A DNA stretch of 64,000 bases. Origin: Malacoraja senta (Eukaryota). Shown here piece after piece: positions 36,468 to 48,559 of this stretch; the first letter of the stretch is position 1, and each line of letters starts with the position of its first letter. Made by a program: the position numbers and the translations under genes. The DNA lies in contig CM075991.1 of NCBI GenBank assembly GCA_038087875.1, forward strand, positions 7,938,001-8,002,000. The letters are read 5' to 3'. The notes under the pieces are model-generated. The model ran no database searches. It worked only from the letters and a program-made list of their open reading frames with translations, and was not told the origin of the DNA.

Positions 36468-37689
36468 TTATTCAACTGAATGTACGAAGGCTGCAAAAGG
36501 AGCAAAGCAAACTATTAGAAACGTGGCTAAAACCGTTCAGACTCTAGTTATAGAAATGCCCTCGGAGAGAAGTCATTCCCTTTATTCCAATTCCTTCAAT
36601 ATCTCCTGTCATCTCTGTCATGATGGACCTCAGTAGCTATCTGCTATTATAATTATAATTCAAGCAGACCAATTGTGTCAATAATTCATGACAAATACAG
36701 TGCTATTTAACGCATCAAGCCCAAATGAATTAAAACATCAGTGTGGGAGCCTGAAGTTAAGTTTGGTCGAGGAAATCAACAAATTTGTTTATCAACCATT
36801 TATCACTTGTACCAAATGCCAGAAACAATTTGATAAGTGATCACGGAGTTCTGTGTGTGCAGAAATGTATTAAAAGTATATACTTCCCAGGCTTGGCGAT
36901 ATTGAGTTTCATGTTTTAAAGCAGAAACTAAACTGTGGATGGATTCTGAAGAAATCGCACAGCAGATCACATCATTAACGAAGGTGTATGGTATGGTTGT
37001 CTTCATCGACCGGAGTATTGAGTGGAAGTGTCACGAAGGCAAGCTGCAGCTTTATAAGGCTTTGGTTAGGTCGCTTTCAGAATATTGTGAATGTTTTCTC
37101 TGGCTCAATTATAGGAAGGATGAGAAGGCTATGGAGAGGGTGCCAAAGAGGTTTATCAGTATTAGAGTGTATTAGCTATAAGATGGAGTAACTCAGCCGG
37201 TCAGGCAGCATCTCTGGAGGACTTGGCCAAGGTAACATTGCTGGTCAGGACCATTCTGCAGACAAACTTGGATTCTCTTCTCTGGAACGACAAAGGTTGA
37301 GCGGAAGCCTGACAGAAGTGTATAAAATTATGAGACGCATTTATAGGGTACACAGTCAGAGCCTTTTTCCCAGCGTGGAAATGTGATAGAATAGAGGACA
37401 TGGCTTTAAGTTGAGATGGGCAAAGTTTAAAGGGGATGTGTCAGAAGGAACTGCAGATGCTGGTTTAGACTGAAGATAGAGCCATAGAGCCGGAGTAACT
37501 CAGCGGGACAGGCAGCATCTCTGGATAGACAGCAAAAGTCAGAGATGCTGCCTGTCCCGCTGAGTTACTCCAGCTTTTTGTGTCTATTCAAAGCCCTTGT
37601 GTTGTGCAAGTTATTTTGCACACAGAGAGTTTGGTGCCTAGAACATGCAGCCAGGGGTGGTGGTGGAGGAAGCTACAATAATGGCATGA

Positions 37690-38821
37690 TGGATTCAACA
37701 GTGGCTGAATGGGAGATGCCAGAGAGTAATGGTGGATGGCTGTTTGTCAGGTTGGAGGCCGGTGACTAGTGGGGTGCCTCAGGGGTCTGTGTTGGGTCCA
37801 CTGTTGTTTGTCATGTACATCAATGATCTGGATGATGGTGTGGAAAATTGGATTAGTAAGTATGCAGATGATACTAAGATAGGTGGTGTTGTGGATAATG
37901 AAGTCGATTTTCAAAGTCTACAAAGAGATTTAGGCCATTTGGAAGAGTGGGCTGAAAGATGGCAGATGGAGTTTAATGCTGATAAATGTGAGGTGCTACA
38001 TCTCGGCAGGACAAATCAAAATAGGATGTACATGGTAAATGGCAGCGAATTGAGGAATGCAGTTGAACAGAGGGATCTAGGAATAACTGTGCATAGTTCC
38101 CTGAAGGTGGAATCTCATGTAGATACGGTGGTAAAGAAAGCTTTTGGTGTGCTGGCATTTATAAATCAGAGCATTGAATATAGAAGTTGGGATGTAATGT
38201 TAAAATTGTACAAGGCATTGGTGAGGCCAATTCTGGAGTATGGAGTACAATTTTGGTCGCCTAATTATAGGAAGGATGTCAACAAAATAGAGAGAGTACA
38301 GAGGAGATTTACTAGAATGTTGGCTGGGTTTCAGCAATTAAGTTACAGAGAAAGGTTGAACAAGTTAGGTCTTTATTCTTTGGAGCGCAGAAGGTTAAGG
38401 GGGGACTTGATAGAGGTCTTTAAAATTATGAGCGGGTTAGACAGAGTTGACGTGGATAAGCTTTTCCCATTGAGAGTAGGGAAGATTCAAACAAGGGGAC
38501 ATGACTTGAGAATGAAGGGACAGAAGTTTAGGGGTAACATTAGGGGGAACTTCTTTACTCAGAGAGTGGTAGCTGTGTGGAATGAGCTTCCAGTGGAAGT
38601 GGTGGAGGCAGGTTCGATTTTATCCTTTAAAAATAGATTGGATGGGTATATGGACGGGAAAGGAATGGAGGGTTATGGTCTGAGTGCAGGTAGATGGGAC
38701 TAGGGGGAAGTAAGAAGAAAGAAGGGGGAAAAAATAAGGAAAAAAAAGTGTTCGGCACGGACTTGAAGGGCCGAGATGGCCTGTTTCCGTGCTGTAATGG
38801 TTATATGGTTATATGGTTATA
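37690..38821 (+). mobile_element. 5'-truncated CR1 LINE with an uninterrupted 324-aa RT C-terminal frame and (ATATGGTT)n tail
   Basis: ORF 37729-38703: SGVPQGSVLGPLLF..YINDL, KYADDTK, LYKALVRPILEY..QFWSP, TRGH, RVVAVWNELP; nested in an older CR1 fragment. Confidence 0.95.
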
Positions 38822-39086
38822 TGAAGCAGGGTTTCAGATAGACACGCAGGGAATGGAGGGATATGAATGTGCAGGTAGAGGAGATTAGTTTAACGCGGCC
38901 TCACGTTCGGCATGGACATTATGGGCTGAAGGGCCTGTTCCCATGCTGCACTGTTCTGTGTTTAATCTTTCCAAATGAACGAGGTGGTGTTTAAAGTATT
39001 ATTTTCCTCCCAACCAGTTTGAGCAGCAGCCTTGTCATTATTAACTTGGACAAGAAGAAAACTTGACTTGTATTGCAACTCTCTTA

Positions 39087-39418
39087 TGGCCCTGTCCCAC
39101 GGTACCAGTTCATTCCAAGAGCTCTCCCGGGTTTAAAAAAAATCAAACTCGTGGTAAGCACGGAGAATGAACGTAGCGGGTACGTCGGAGCTCGGGGACG
39201 TCTCTTAGCGGCTCGTAACGCTAACGGCAGGTACTCGGGAAGACTCGCTAACGGCAGATAAGCACGTGAAGACTCGTGGAGATTTTTCAACATGTTGAAA
39301 AATGTCCACGAGAGCCCCGGGTACCGACGAGCGGCCATTACCGTAAATCTCCCAGTTGGAATCAGGGCAAACTCGGGAGTTGGCTCTTGGAATGAACCCG
39401 TACCGCGGGACAGGGCCA
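39087..39418. mobile_element. PIF/Harbinger-type MITE (332 bp)
   Basis: TTA|TGGCCCTGTCCCACGGTAC..TTCATTCCAAGAGC ... GCTCTTGGAATGAA..GTACCGCGGGACAGGGCCA|TTA. Confidence 0.9.
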
Positions 39419-39779
39419 TTACTATCATTGGTCTTGAAATTGTATTGGACGACAATTAAGGCAGAATTATGAAGTTCTCTTGGTTCCCAGGTAGGTTGAA
39501 TATTATAACTGTGTCATTAAATAGATAAGTGTACTTTAAACAAATGCATCATACGTTTAATTTCAGTATTGTGCAGTGTAATTTCAAAAGCTAATCTGAA
39601 AAGCAGTCTCCCCATAATCCTACAATCAGAAGATAGCTATTTTATTGACTATGAATAATATCATAACATGTAGGCATTACGAAAGCTGTGATACTTCATC
39701 AAGTGCTCTCCTGACACTGGTACAGAAAGTCTTCATCGTTCCTTGATCATCGTCACTTTGTGTATATCTAACAGCTGTT

Positions 39780-40558
39780 AGTTGAAAGTGTTTGTTTTGG
39801 AGGTCTTTAGTCTTTTTATGTGGGGGGTGGGGGGTGGGGTTAGGGGGAAACTTTTTTCTCAGTACCTACCTGGTCGGAGATGCGGCTTTTCTCCGAGCCG
39901 GATCTTCGCCCCTTCCTCGCGGCCTACCGGCAGACTGGAGCGGCGTTTTCCTGCCGGGACCGGCCAGGACTTCAGCTTCGGCGGCGGCACAGCGCTGAAG
40001 CACCATCGCGGAGCGGGCGATGCCTAACCCGGGTCGCCGTGCAGTAAGCTCCGGAGTGCTGTGACCGCCGGCACCAACATCGCGGAGCTGCGGTCTGCGG
40101 TCTGCGGAGCTTCCAGCCGCGGGCGGCGCTGAACCCTAAACACCGCGGAGCCTGGGATCTCACGACGAGGTCGCCAGAGTCGGAGCATCGACCAGCGCGG
40201 CTCGTGGACTTCGGGAGCCGCGGTCTACTGGGAGGAGGCGGCCGCTCCAGACACTCCGGGCCGCTGAGAGTGTTCACCCGACGCCGGAGCTTCATCATCC
40301 GGCGAGAGGGCCTGAGGCATCGGGCTGCCGTAGTGGCGACTGCAGAGGCCTCAATAGGCCCCGACTATGGGTGAACTGGGGATGGGACTGGACTTTGCTG
40401 CCTTCCCCCACAGTGGGAACCATTGTGGGGGGATGTTTTTATGTTGTTAAATTCTTTGATGTAATCTTTATTTGTGTGCTGCATGGCAAGTCAAATTTCA
40501 CTGCACCAATTGGTGTATGTGACTATAAATGTCCATCTATCTATCTATCTATCTATCT
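39780..40558 (+). mobile_element. Unclassified GC-rich retroposon, apparently near full length, (ATCT)n tail
   Basis: T/G-rich head, CpG-dense core, 3' module shared with 42246-42461. Confidence 0.6.
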
Positions 40559-40974
40559 TTCATTCATTTGTTCTACATCTCTCTATATCACTGTCTATTT
40601 GTCTCTTGTTTCCCTCTTCCCTGCCTCTCAGTCTGAAGAAGGGTCTCCGCCCGAAACGTCACCTATCCCTTTTCTCCAGAGATGCTGCCTGGGCCGCAGA
40701 GTTACTCCAGTTTTTTGTGTCTATGTTTGGTGTAAAGCAGCATCTCCAGTTCCTTCCTACACAAGTCATCACATCAACTCTAAACAAAGGCAATGGTGTT
40801 TACCCCCCCTGGCCCTGATTGCAATTGGACCCAGAGTTATACCAGAAGGAAACGTTAGAGTCACAGCATGAAAACAGACCATTCTTGTCCAAGCCGACCA
40901 ATTTGCCATTCGGGGATCGTCCCGTTTGTGCAGTTGGCCTCTACCTTACTTAACTCCTCCTCTCCACACATCTT

Positions 40975-41285
40975 AGTTTAGTTTAGTTTAGAGATACAGC
41001 GCGGAAACAGGCCCTTCGGCCCACCGAGTCTGCGCCGACCAGCGATCCCCGCACATTCATACTATCCTACACACACACCAGGGACAATTTACAATCTCAC
41101 CAAGCAATTAACCTACAAACCTGTACGTCTTTGGAGTGTGGGAGGAAACCGAAGCTCCCGGGGAAAACCCACGCAGGTCACGGGGAGAACGTACAAACTC
41201 CGTACAGACAGCACCCGTAGTCAGGATGGAACCCGGGTCTCTGGCGCTGTGAGGCAGCAACTCTACCGCTGCTCCACTGTGCCGC
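40975..41285 (-). mobile_element. Full-length HE1/V-SINE
   Basis: Tail, V-domain and tRNA-like head all present. Confidence 0.9.
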
Positions 41286-41524
41286 TTGTGGCCTGTGCTC
41301 ACCAAGTTGCCGTTGTGGACTGGACTTGTTTGCTTGTATTTGGCCGATACCACTCTAAACTCCTCCAAGGATAGACACAAAAAGCTGGAGTAACTCAGCG
41401 GGACAGACAGCATCCTATTCTGTTCAACTGCCTTTTGAAAGTTGTAATTGTATCCCTCTCTCACTTCTTCTGCAGCTCGTTCCATTTCGCGACTACTCTT
41501 TGAGTGAAGATGTTTCCTCTTAAA

Positions 41525-42216
41525 CCAGTCAATGAAAGTAAACATGCAGGTACAGCAGGCAGTGAAGAAAGCGAATGGCATGTTGGTCTCTATAACAAGA
41601 GTTGAATCTAGGAGCAAAGAGGGCCTTCTGCAGTTGTACAGGGCCCTAGTGAGACACACGTGGAGTATTGTGTGCAGTTTTGGTCCCTAATTTGAGGAAG
41701 GACATTCTTGCTATTGAGGGAGCGCAGCGTAGGTTTACAAGGTTAATTCCCGGGATGGCGGGACTGTCATATGCTGAGAGAATGGAGCAGCTGGGCTTGT
41801 ACACTCTGGGGTTTAGAAGGATGAGAGGGGATCTTATTGAAACATATAAGATTATTAAGGCTTTGGAACCGCTAGAGGCAGGAAACATGTACCCGATGTT
41901 GGGGGAGTCCGGAACCAGGGGCCACAGTTTAAGAATAAGGGGTAAGCCATTTAGAACGGAGACGAGGAAACACTTTTTCTCACAGCGAGTTGTGAGTCTG
42001 TGGAATTCTCTGCCTCAGAGGGCGGTGGAGGCCAGTTCTCTGGATACTTTCAAGAGAGAGCTAGATAGGGCTCTTAAAGATAGCGGAGTCAGGCGATATG
42101 GGGAGAAGGCAGGAGCGGGGTACTGATTGGGGATGATCAGCCATGATCACATTGAATGGCGGTGCTGGCTTGAAGGGCCGAATGGCCTACTCCTGCACCT
42201 ATTGTCTATTGTCTAT
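41525..42216 (+). mobile_element. 5'-truncated CR1/HER1 LINE
   Basis: ORF 41668-42126 CR1 C-terminus; (TATTGTC)n tail. Confidence 0.92.
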
Positions 42217-42959
42217 CTCTCCCCTTTCCTCATAAACCTCTGCCCTCCGTGAAGGCGACTGTGGAGGCCTGAATAGGCCCGACTATGGGTGGACATGGGA
42301 TGGGGACTGGACTCTGTGCAGTCCACTGTGGGGGGATGTTTTTATGTTTTATGTTAAATTTCTTTAATGTTGTGTCTAATTTGTGCTGCATGGCAAGAAC
42401 AAATTTCACTCCACCATTTGGTGTATGTGACAATAAATATCCTTTGTCCTTGTCCTTTGTCCCTCTAGTTTTAGAATCCTGTGCCTGAGAAAAAGGTGGG
42501 AATTTAGAAAAACAAACTAGCTTCTGTTTCTGCTCCAAGATACCAGTCACAAACCTTTACTGTTTGGTTCTGCGGGCTATTATCTAGCAATAAATGGACC
42601 TGGTTTCCCAAATTAATTCCATTTGCAACACAATTGTAAGTACTTTGTAAATAATTTATTAAAGAATGCACATTATCAATGCATAATTAATTCACAACGC
42701 TGACATATTGGAAGTGGAAAGGCAATAGTACTTTTTATAACAAGCCGGCCTGCATTCAGGTCAATCCATTTGGAACTGACCCACAGCCCATTAAGCAGAC
42801 TAATTGAGCACTTCACCCGTCTCTGTCCATCTCCTTTGCTACCTAAATTGCCCTAAAATATCTAAGCGGTGGAAGAATTTAAATAATTAATATCCGCTGC
42901 ACAACAGAAAAGACAGCTGCTCAGCACGGCGGCTGAACTGGGAAGCAACGTGGTATAGG

Positions 42960-43319
42960 CTAGACAAAGATGCTGGGGTAACTCAGCGGGTCAGGCAGCA
43001 TCTCTGGCGAAAAAGGAATAGGTGACATTTCGGGTCGAGGCCCTTCTTCGGACTGAGAGTCAGGGGAGAGGGAAACTGGAGGTATGAGGAGGTACATTGA
43101 ACCTCTTTTGGGTGGCTCGGTGGCGCAGGGGGTAGAGTTGCCACCTTACAACGCCAGAGACCCGGGTTCGATCCTGACTACGGGTGCTGACTGTACGGAG
43201 TTTGTACGTTCCCCACGTGACCTGCGTGGGTTTTCTCTGAGATCATCGATTTCCTCCCACACTCCAAAGACGTGCAGGTTTGTAGGTTAATTGGTGTTCC
43301 AAATGGAAATCAAATGTCT

Positions 43320-43350
<31 letters not shown>

Positions 43351-43786
43351 AGGATAGTGTTAATGTGCGAGGATCGCTGGTCGGTCCGGACTCGGTGGGC
43401 CGAAGGGCCTGTTTCCGTGCTGTTTCTCTAAACGAAACTAAAACTAAAAACAATAGAATAGAAAAAGGACAAATCAAGGCCTTCAAGGAAAGGTGGAGCC
43501 CACAATGGTCCATTGTTGGCTGTGGAAGAGGTGATAATGAGGGAGTAGGAACAGTGAAAGTAAGCAGGACGACAGTGATACTAGGCGGACAATTAGGGTA
43601 GAGGAGGGATGGAGAGAGAAGGAATGCAAGGGCTACTTAAAATTAGAGAAATCAATTCTCACACCGCTGGGGTGTAAGCTGCCCGAGCGAAACATGAGGT
43701 GCTGTTCCTCCAATTTGTATTGGACCTCATTCTGACAGTGGAGGAGGCCCAGGACAGAAAGGTCAGTGCGGGAATGGGAAGGGAGT
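42960..43786 (-). mobile_element. Second Penelope-like 3' end (GIY-YIG C-terminus, 3' UTR, hammerhead repeat), split by a SINE at 43110-43447
   Basis: Minus strand of 43633-43786 reads SHSRTDLSVLGLLHCQNEVQYKLEEQHLMFRSGSLHPSGVRIDFSNFK*, homologous to 12363-12620; terminal repeat at 42960-43060. Confidence 0.8.
43110..43447 (+). mobile_element. Full-length HE1/V-SINE with an expanded (TG)n
   Basis: Head, V-domain and tail present. Confidence 0.88.
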
Positions 43787-44140
43787 CGGTACTCCCACTC
43801 GTACATTGGTGGTTCAATCCCGGGTGTTGCTTAAGTCCTGGAGTAGAATTCGAACCCACTAACTTTGCAGCCGCACAATTGAAACTGAACCTGGTTGGAA
43901 ATTTCTGGGATAGGCGTGAACAAAAGATAAGCAAGCCTGTTGCCAGAAAACAGCACACCTTTTGCAAGCCAAGGCAGACATCCTCGTGAACAATTGCTGT
44001 TAACTCATATAGAAGCGTTTGCCACGTTGTTAATGCCAGATGCACACATATTTAATAGTTTTCATTTTAGAGACACAGCGTGGAAACAGACCCTTCGACC
44101 CACCGATCCCCGCACATTAACGCTATCCTACACACACTAA

Positions 44141-44637
44141 AGGGGCTGTCCCACTTGGGCGACCTAATTGGCGAGTTTAGAAGAGTTTGAAAAAATGACA
44201 TGTTGAAGACCTCCTTCGACCTCCTTCAACTATGTTGAAGACTAGCTACGACTAACTATGACTAACTTCGGGAAATTGGACACCGAATAGTGGAGAGTGA
44301 AGACGACCTCCTTCGACCTCCCTTCGACTATGATGAAGACTATCGATGACTACCTTTGACTACCCTCGATTACCAACGACTAACATGCCGACCTACCAAG
44401 ACTAAACCTACGAGTAAAAAAAGTATCGATTTTTCCATGGCGACCTTTTTTTACTCGCGGGCATTTTTTAATCATATTGAAAAAACGCCGCGACCTAGCT
44501 GAGGCCTCGAGTACGCGGAGACCACTCTCGAGCATGAAGGAGAGTTACGAAGACCTCCTACGACTCGTGTCGACCATGCTGCGAGTATGAGTCGAGGGCA
44601 AACTCGCGGATTAGGTCGCCCAAGTGGGACGGGCCCT
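44141..44637. mobile_element. PIF/Harbinger-type MITE (497 bp) inside a minus-strand HE1 SINE (44065-44848)
   Basis: TAA|AGGGGCTGTCCCACTTGGGCGACCTAAT ... ATTAGGTCGCCCAAGTGGGACGGGCCCT|TCA; near-identical to 35408-35906. Confidence 0.9.
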
Positions 44638-45097
44638 TCAGGACAATATATAATGACACCAAGCCAATTAACCTACAATCCTGTACGTCTTTGGTATGTG
44701 GGACGAAACCGGAGCACCCGGAGAAAAACCATGCAGGTCACAGGGAGAAGGTACAAACTCCATACAGCCATCACCCGTAGTCAGGATCGAACCCAGGTCT
44801 CTGGCGCTGTGAGGCCGCAACTCTACCGCTGAGCCACCGTGCCACCCTAATTGGTGTAAACTCATTTTCAGGGCACTAATATTACGTCGTCAACATTTAC
44901 CCCAGTGCAGAGTTGAATAGCGGGCTTTAGGATCTACTATTTTTGTTACGGGGTAGCGGCTTTTTGGAATTCAGGACCTGGCGTTTTCCAGGGGTGGCTC
45001 TGTATCTGTATAATGCACCCCAGATGATATTGGGGAATTGACACTCACATTCTATAAAGAGAGAAGAGTTCTCTCGTCACTAGATGCAGTGAGGTTG

Positions 45098-45297
45098 NNN
45101 NNNNNNNNNNNNNNNNNNNNNNNNNNNNNNNNNNNNNNNNNNNNNNNNNNNNNNNNNNNNNNNNNNNNNNNNNNNNNNNNNNNNNNNNNNNNNNNNNNNN
45201 NNNNNNNNNNNNNNNNNNNNNNNNNNNNNNNNNNNNNNNNNNNNNNNNNNNNNNNNNNNNNNNNNNNNNNNNNNNNNNNNNNNNNNNNNNNNNNNNN
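45098..45297. other. Assembly gap (200 N)
   Basis: Run of N. Confidence 0.99.
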
Positions 45298-45789
45298 CCT
45301 CTGCTGGTCTCTGAATTTCTCCCAGTCCTCTGGTATGCTGCTTTTTCTGGCTAATTTGTACGCATCATCTTTTGCTTTGATACTATCCCTGATTTCCCTT
45401 GTTATCCACGGATGCACTACCTTCCCTGATTTATTCTTTTGCCAAACTGGGATGAACAATTTTTGTAGTTCATCCATGCAGTCTTTAAATGCCTTCCATT
45501 GCATATCCACCGTCAACCCTTTTAGAACTAATTTCCAGTTAATCTTGGCCAATTCACGTCTCATACCCTCAAAGTTACCTTTCTTTAAGTTCAGAACCGT
45601 TGTTTCTGAATTAACAATGTCACTCTCCATCCTAATGAAGAACTCAACCATATTATGGTCACTCTTGCCCAAGGGGGCACGCACAACAAGACTGCTAACT
45701 AACCCTTCCTCATTACTCAATACCCAGTCTAGAATAGCCTGCTCTCTCGTTGGTTCCTCTACATGTTGGTTTAGATAACTATCCCGCAT
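45298..45789 (-). mobile_element. CR1 ORF2 fragment (end of APE endonuclease and linker), cut by the gap
   Basis: LNQHVEEPTREQAILDWVLSNEE..PLGKSDHNMVEF..NLKKGNFEGMR..PWITREI, typical of CR1 ORF2. Confidence 0.9.
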
Positions 45790-46744
45790 AATTGGCTTCA
45801 GTGAAATTGTAAATTGCCCCTAGTGTGTAGGATAGTGTTAGTGTGCGGGGTTCGCTAATCGGCGCGGACTCGGTGGGTCGAATGGCCTGTTTCAGCGCTG
45901 TATCACTAAAGTAAACTAAATTCCTTCATATATTCTGGAATAGAAAAGAGTTAAAAACCAAATTAAATTGCAGCAGTTAATGGCACCAGCCCTTGGGCCT
46001 GCAACATTCACTGACAAAATGCGTAGGAAGGAACAGCAGATGCTTGTTTAAACCAAAGATAGACACAAAATGCTGGAGTAACCCTGATGAAGAGTCTTGA
46101 CCCGAAACGTCACCGATTCCTTCTCTCCAGAGATGCTGCCTGATTCGCTGAGGGCAGCACGGTGGCGCAGGGGTAGAGTTGCTGCCTCACAGCGCCAGAT
46201 GCCCAGATAATCTATAATTTATAATTACACCAAGCCAATTAACCTACAAACCTGTACGTCTTTGGAGTGTGGGAGGAAACCAAAGATCTCGGAGAAAATC
46301 CGCGCAGGTCACGGGGATAACGTACAAACTCCATACAGACATGCGCCTGTAGTCAGGATCGAACCCGGGTCTCTGGCGCTGAAAGGTGTCAAATCTACCG
46401 CTGCGCCACTGTGCCGCCATATAGACTGAGGGATGCATCACACACAACTCTAGAAGGTTTGCAGTGTGTATTGAAATGTTCAGGCTGCGTTGTTACCACA
46501 GAATGGCTCATTGTACTTGCTATCGGTATGGAGGTCAATGAGTGAAGCGTTTTGTCAGCCTCTCTACACGCTCCGGACTCGGCTCCATGGTGGCCTGGCC
46601 TAATTATCAGCAACACCTGGGAGTGAACAAAGGGCTGGAAATATTCCTGAGAGCTATTTCAATTTAATTGGGTTTCGTTGGCCGAGGTCACATCCTTCAG
46701 TTTGATATTCGGAAAGGAGGCACCTTACTTCCTCTCACTTGGTG

Positions 46745-47300
46745 GTGAGGGGGGGGTGGGGGGACAATGGGAACCCGGAGTGGGGGGGGGGTGCCGTGAG
46801 GGAGGGGGGAAAACAGTGAACAATGGTGGTCCCGTATGGTAGGGGAGAAGATGGGGGGGAAGGAGAGGGTGGGGGGGGAAGGTGGGGATGCGGGGGGAGG
46901 GGAGGGTGGGGATGCGGGGGAGAGGAGGGTGGGGGGGGAATGGGGGGTGGGGGGGAGGGGAGAGTGGGGGGGAAGGGTGGGGGGAAGGGGAGGTGACTGG
47001 GAAGGGGAGGGTGTGGGGGGGAGGGTGTGGGGGGGAAGGGGAGGGTGTGGGGGGGGGGGAAGGGGAGGGTGGGGGGCAAAGGGGAGGGTGGGGGGGGGAA
47101 ATATGAGGAGCCAGTGGGGATACTTTGTAACTTTGTCAGTGGGGGGGAAGGGGAGGGTGGAGGGTGAGGGGGGAAGGGAGTGGGGGGGAGAAAATAGGTG
47201 GAGCCAGTGGGGATACTTTGTAACTTTGTCAGTGCTCTTTATGTGGCGACTATTTGCATACCTTGGATATGTCACATGTGACAATAAAGTAGTCCACTCC
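46745..47300 (+). repeat. G-rich low-complexity tract leading into a Rex1/L2-type 3' end
   Basis: Dense G3-G10 runs; ggagccagtggggatactttgtaactttgtcagtg occurs twice; cacatgtgacaataaag tail; related shorter copy on the minus strand at ~49715-49975. Confidence 0.75.
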
Positions 47301-48174
47301 ATTCCATTTGTGGCAGCTGTGATTTAGTTTTGGAGATCTTTGAGAGTCAGCACATCCTTCCTCACATACGGCGCCCAAAATTGCTCGCAATATTCCAAAT
47401 GCAGCCTTATAGATCCTCGACTGTAGCCCCGTTCCTGTGCTGCGCTGTTTGTTCTGCGTTGTATTCCTCAACTGAGAACGCTCTGCGGTGTCTTGGGATG
47501 TCCGGAATGGAAAGGGTCCTCTTCTCCAGCAAGAAGATTCCACCTGAGACCTGCGAAGCTATGCTGCAGCTCATTAAGTGCAATTTCTATATTTTGCGCA
47601 TCAAAAATCTAGATGTTAAAATATTGCACGGAAGTCCCTGGAGCAGTTGAGATGTCGCTGGAATCCTGCAGCTAGTACTGCAGCACATGATAGGTGCTGT
47701 ATGCTGTGTGTGTGTGTGTGTGTGTGTGATTAACGACACTAACCTACTGTTTTTTGTTCCGTTTCTTCGCACTCGACGGACCCAAAGGTCTCAGAGTGTG
47801 GAGAATAATTGGAACAGTGAAGGAACATTGCGCTGGGTCTGCTGAGGTCTGTCGGACAACTTTGCTCTGCCGTTTTCACGGAGGAATAAATGGCTGAAGA
47901 TGACTTTCAGATTATGATTGGGTTTAGTTGGGAGACTTGCAGTAGTGCCCGTTCGTGGAAATGGCCAGAGGTAGGGCTTACAAATATAAGTCAGAGACCT
48001 ATATATCCGACAGGGAATTCAGGGAGGTCGTCGCCATGAAAGTTTGGAAACTCTACCCACAGAGTAGTGAGTCAGCAAGAATAATCATGCATAAACATTG
48101 GGGCGGATGAGAAAGACCGAGAGATCCTGGAATAATGCAAATCGCTCTTAGACTGAAAGTCCCATTACATCTTG

Positions 48175-48456
48175 GGGGTGGTGCAGCGGTAGAGTTGCTG
48201 CCTTACAGCGCTTGCAGCGCAGGAGACCCGGATTCGATCCCGACTACGGTTGCTTTTCTATATGGAGTTTGTACGATCTCCGCGTGGGTTTTCTCCGAGA
48301 TCTTCGGTTTCCTCCCACACTCCAAAGACGTACAGGTTTGTAGGTTAATTGGCTTGGTACAAGTGTAAATTGTCCCCAGTGTGTGTAGGATCGTGTCAAT
48401 GTGTGGTGGTCGAGGAAGGGCCTGTTTCCGCACTGTATCTTTAAACTAAACTAAAC
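48175..48456 (+). mobile_element. HE1/V-SINE
   Basis: Head, V-domain, (AAACT)n tail. Confidence 0.85.
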
Positions 48457-48559
48457 CTGAAAGGCAATTAAAGAAGCTACCGTACACACCTGAAAGCCAA
48501 TGATAAATGATGTCCTAAAGGATAGACGGCAGATGGAAAGATGCTCAAGGGTCCTGCAA

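Noticed and set aside
39780..40370. CpG-island promoter or first exon of UNC5 (also 2383-2982, 10850-11260, 62690-63130)
   Set aside because: Each CpG-rich block lies within a repeated or TIR-bounded mobile element, and none encodes a signal peptide followed by a phase-1 donor that I could identify.
45038..45789. ~245-aa ORFs spanning the gap
   Set aside because: Length is inflated by 200 Ns; the real part is a CR1 ORF2 fragment.
46697..47327. Pro-rich and Gly-rich ORFs
   Set aside because: Artefacts of the G-run tract.
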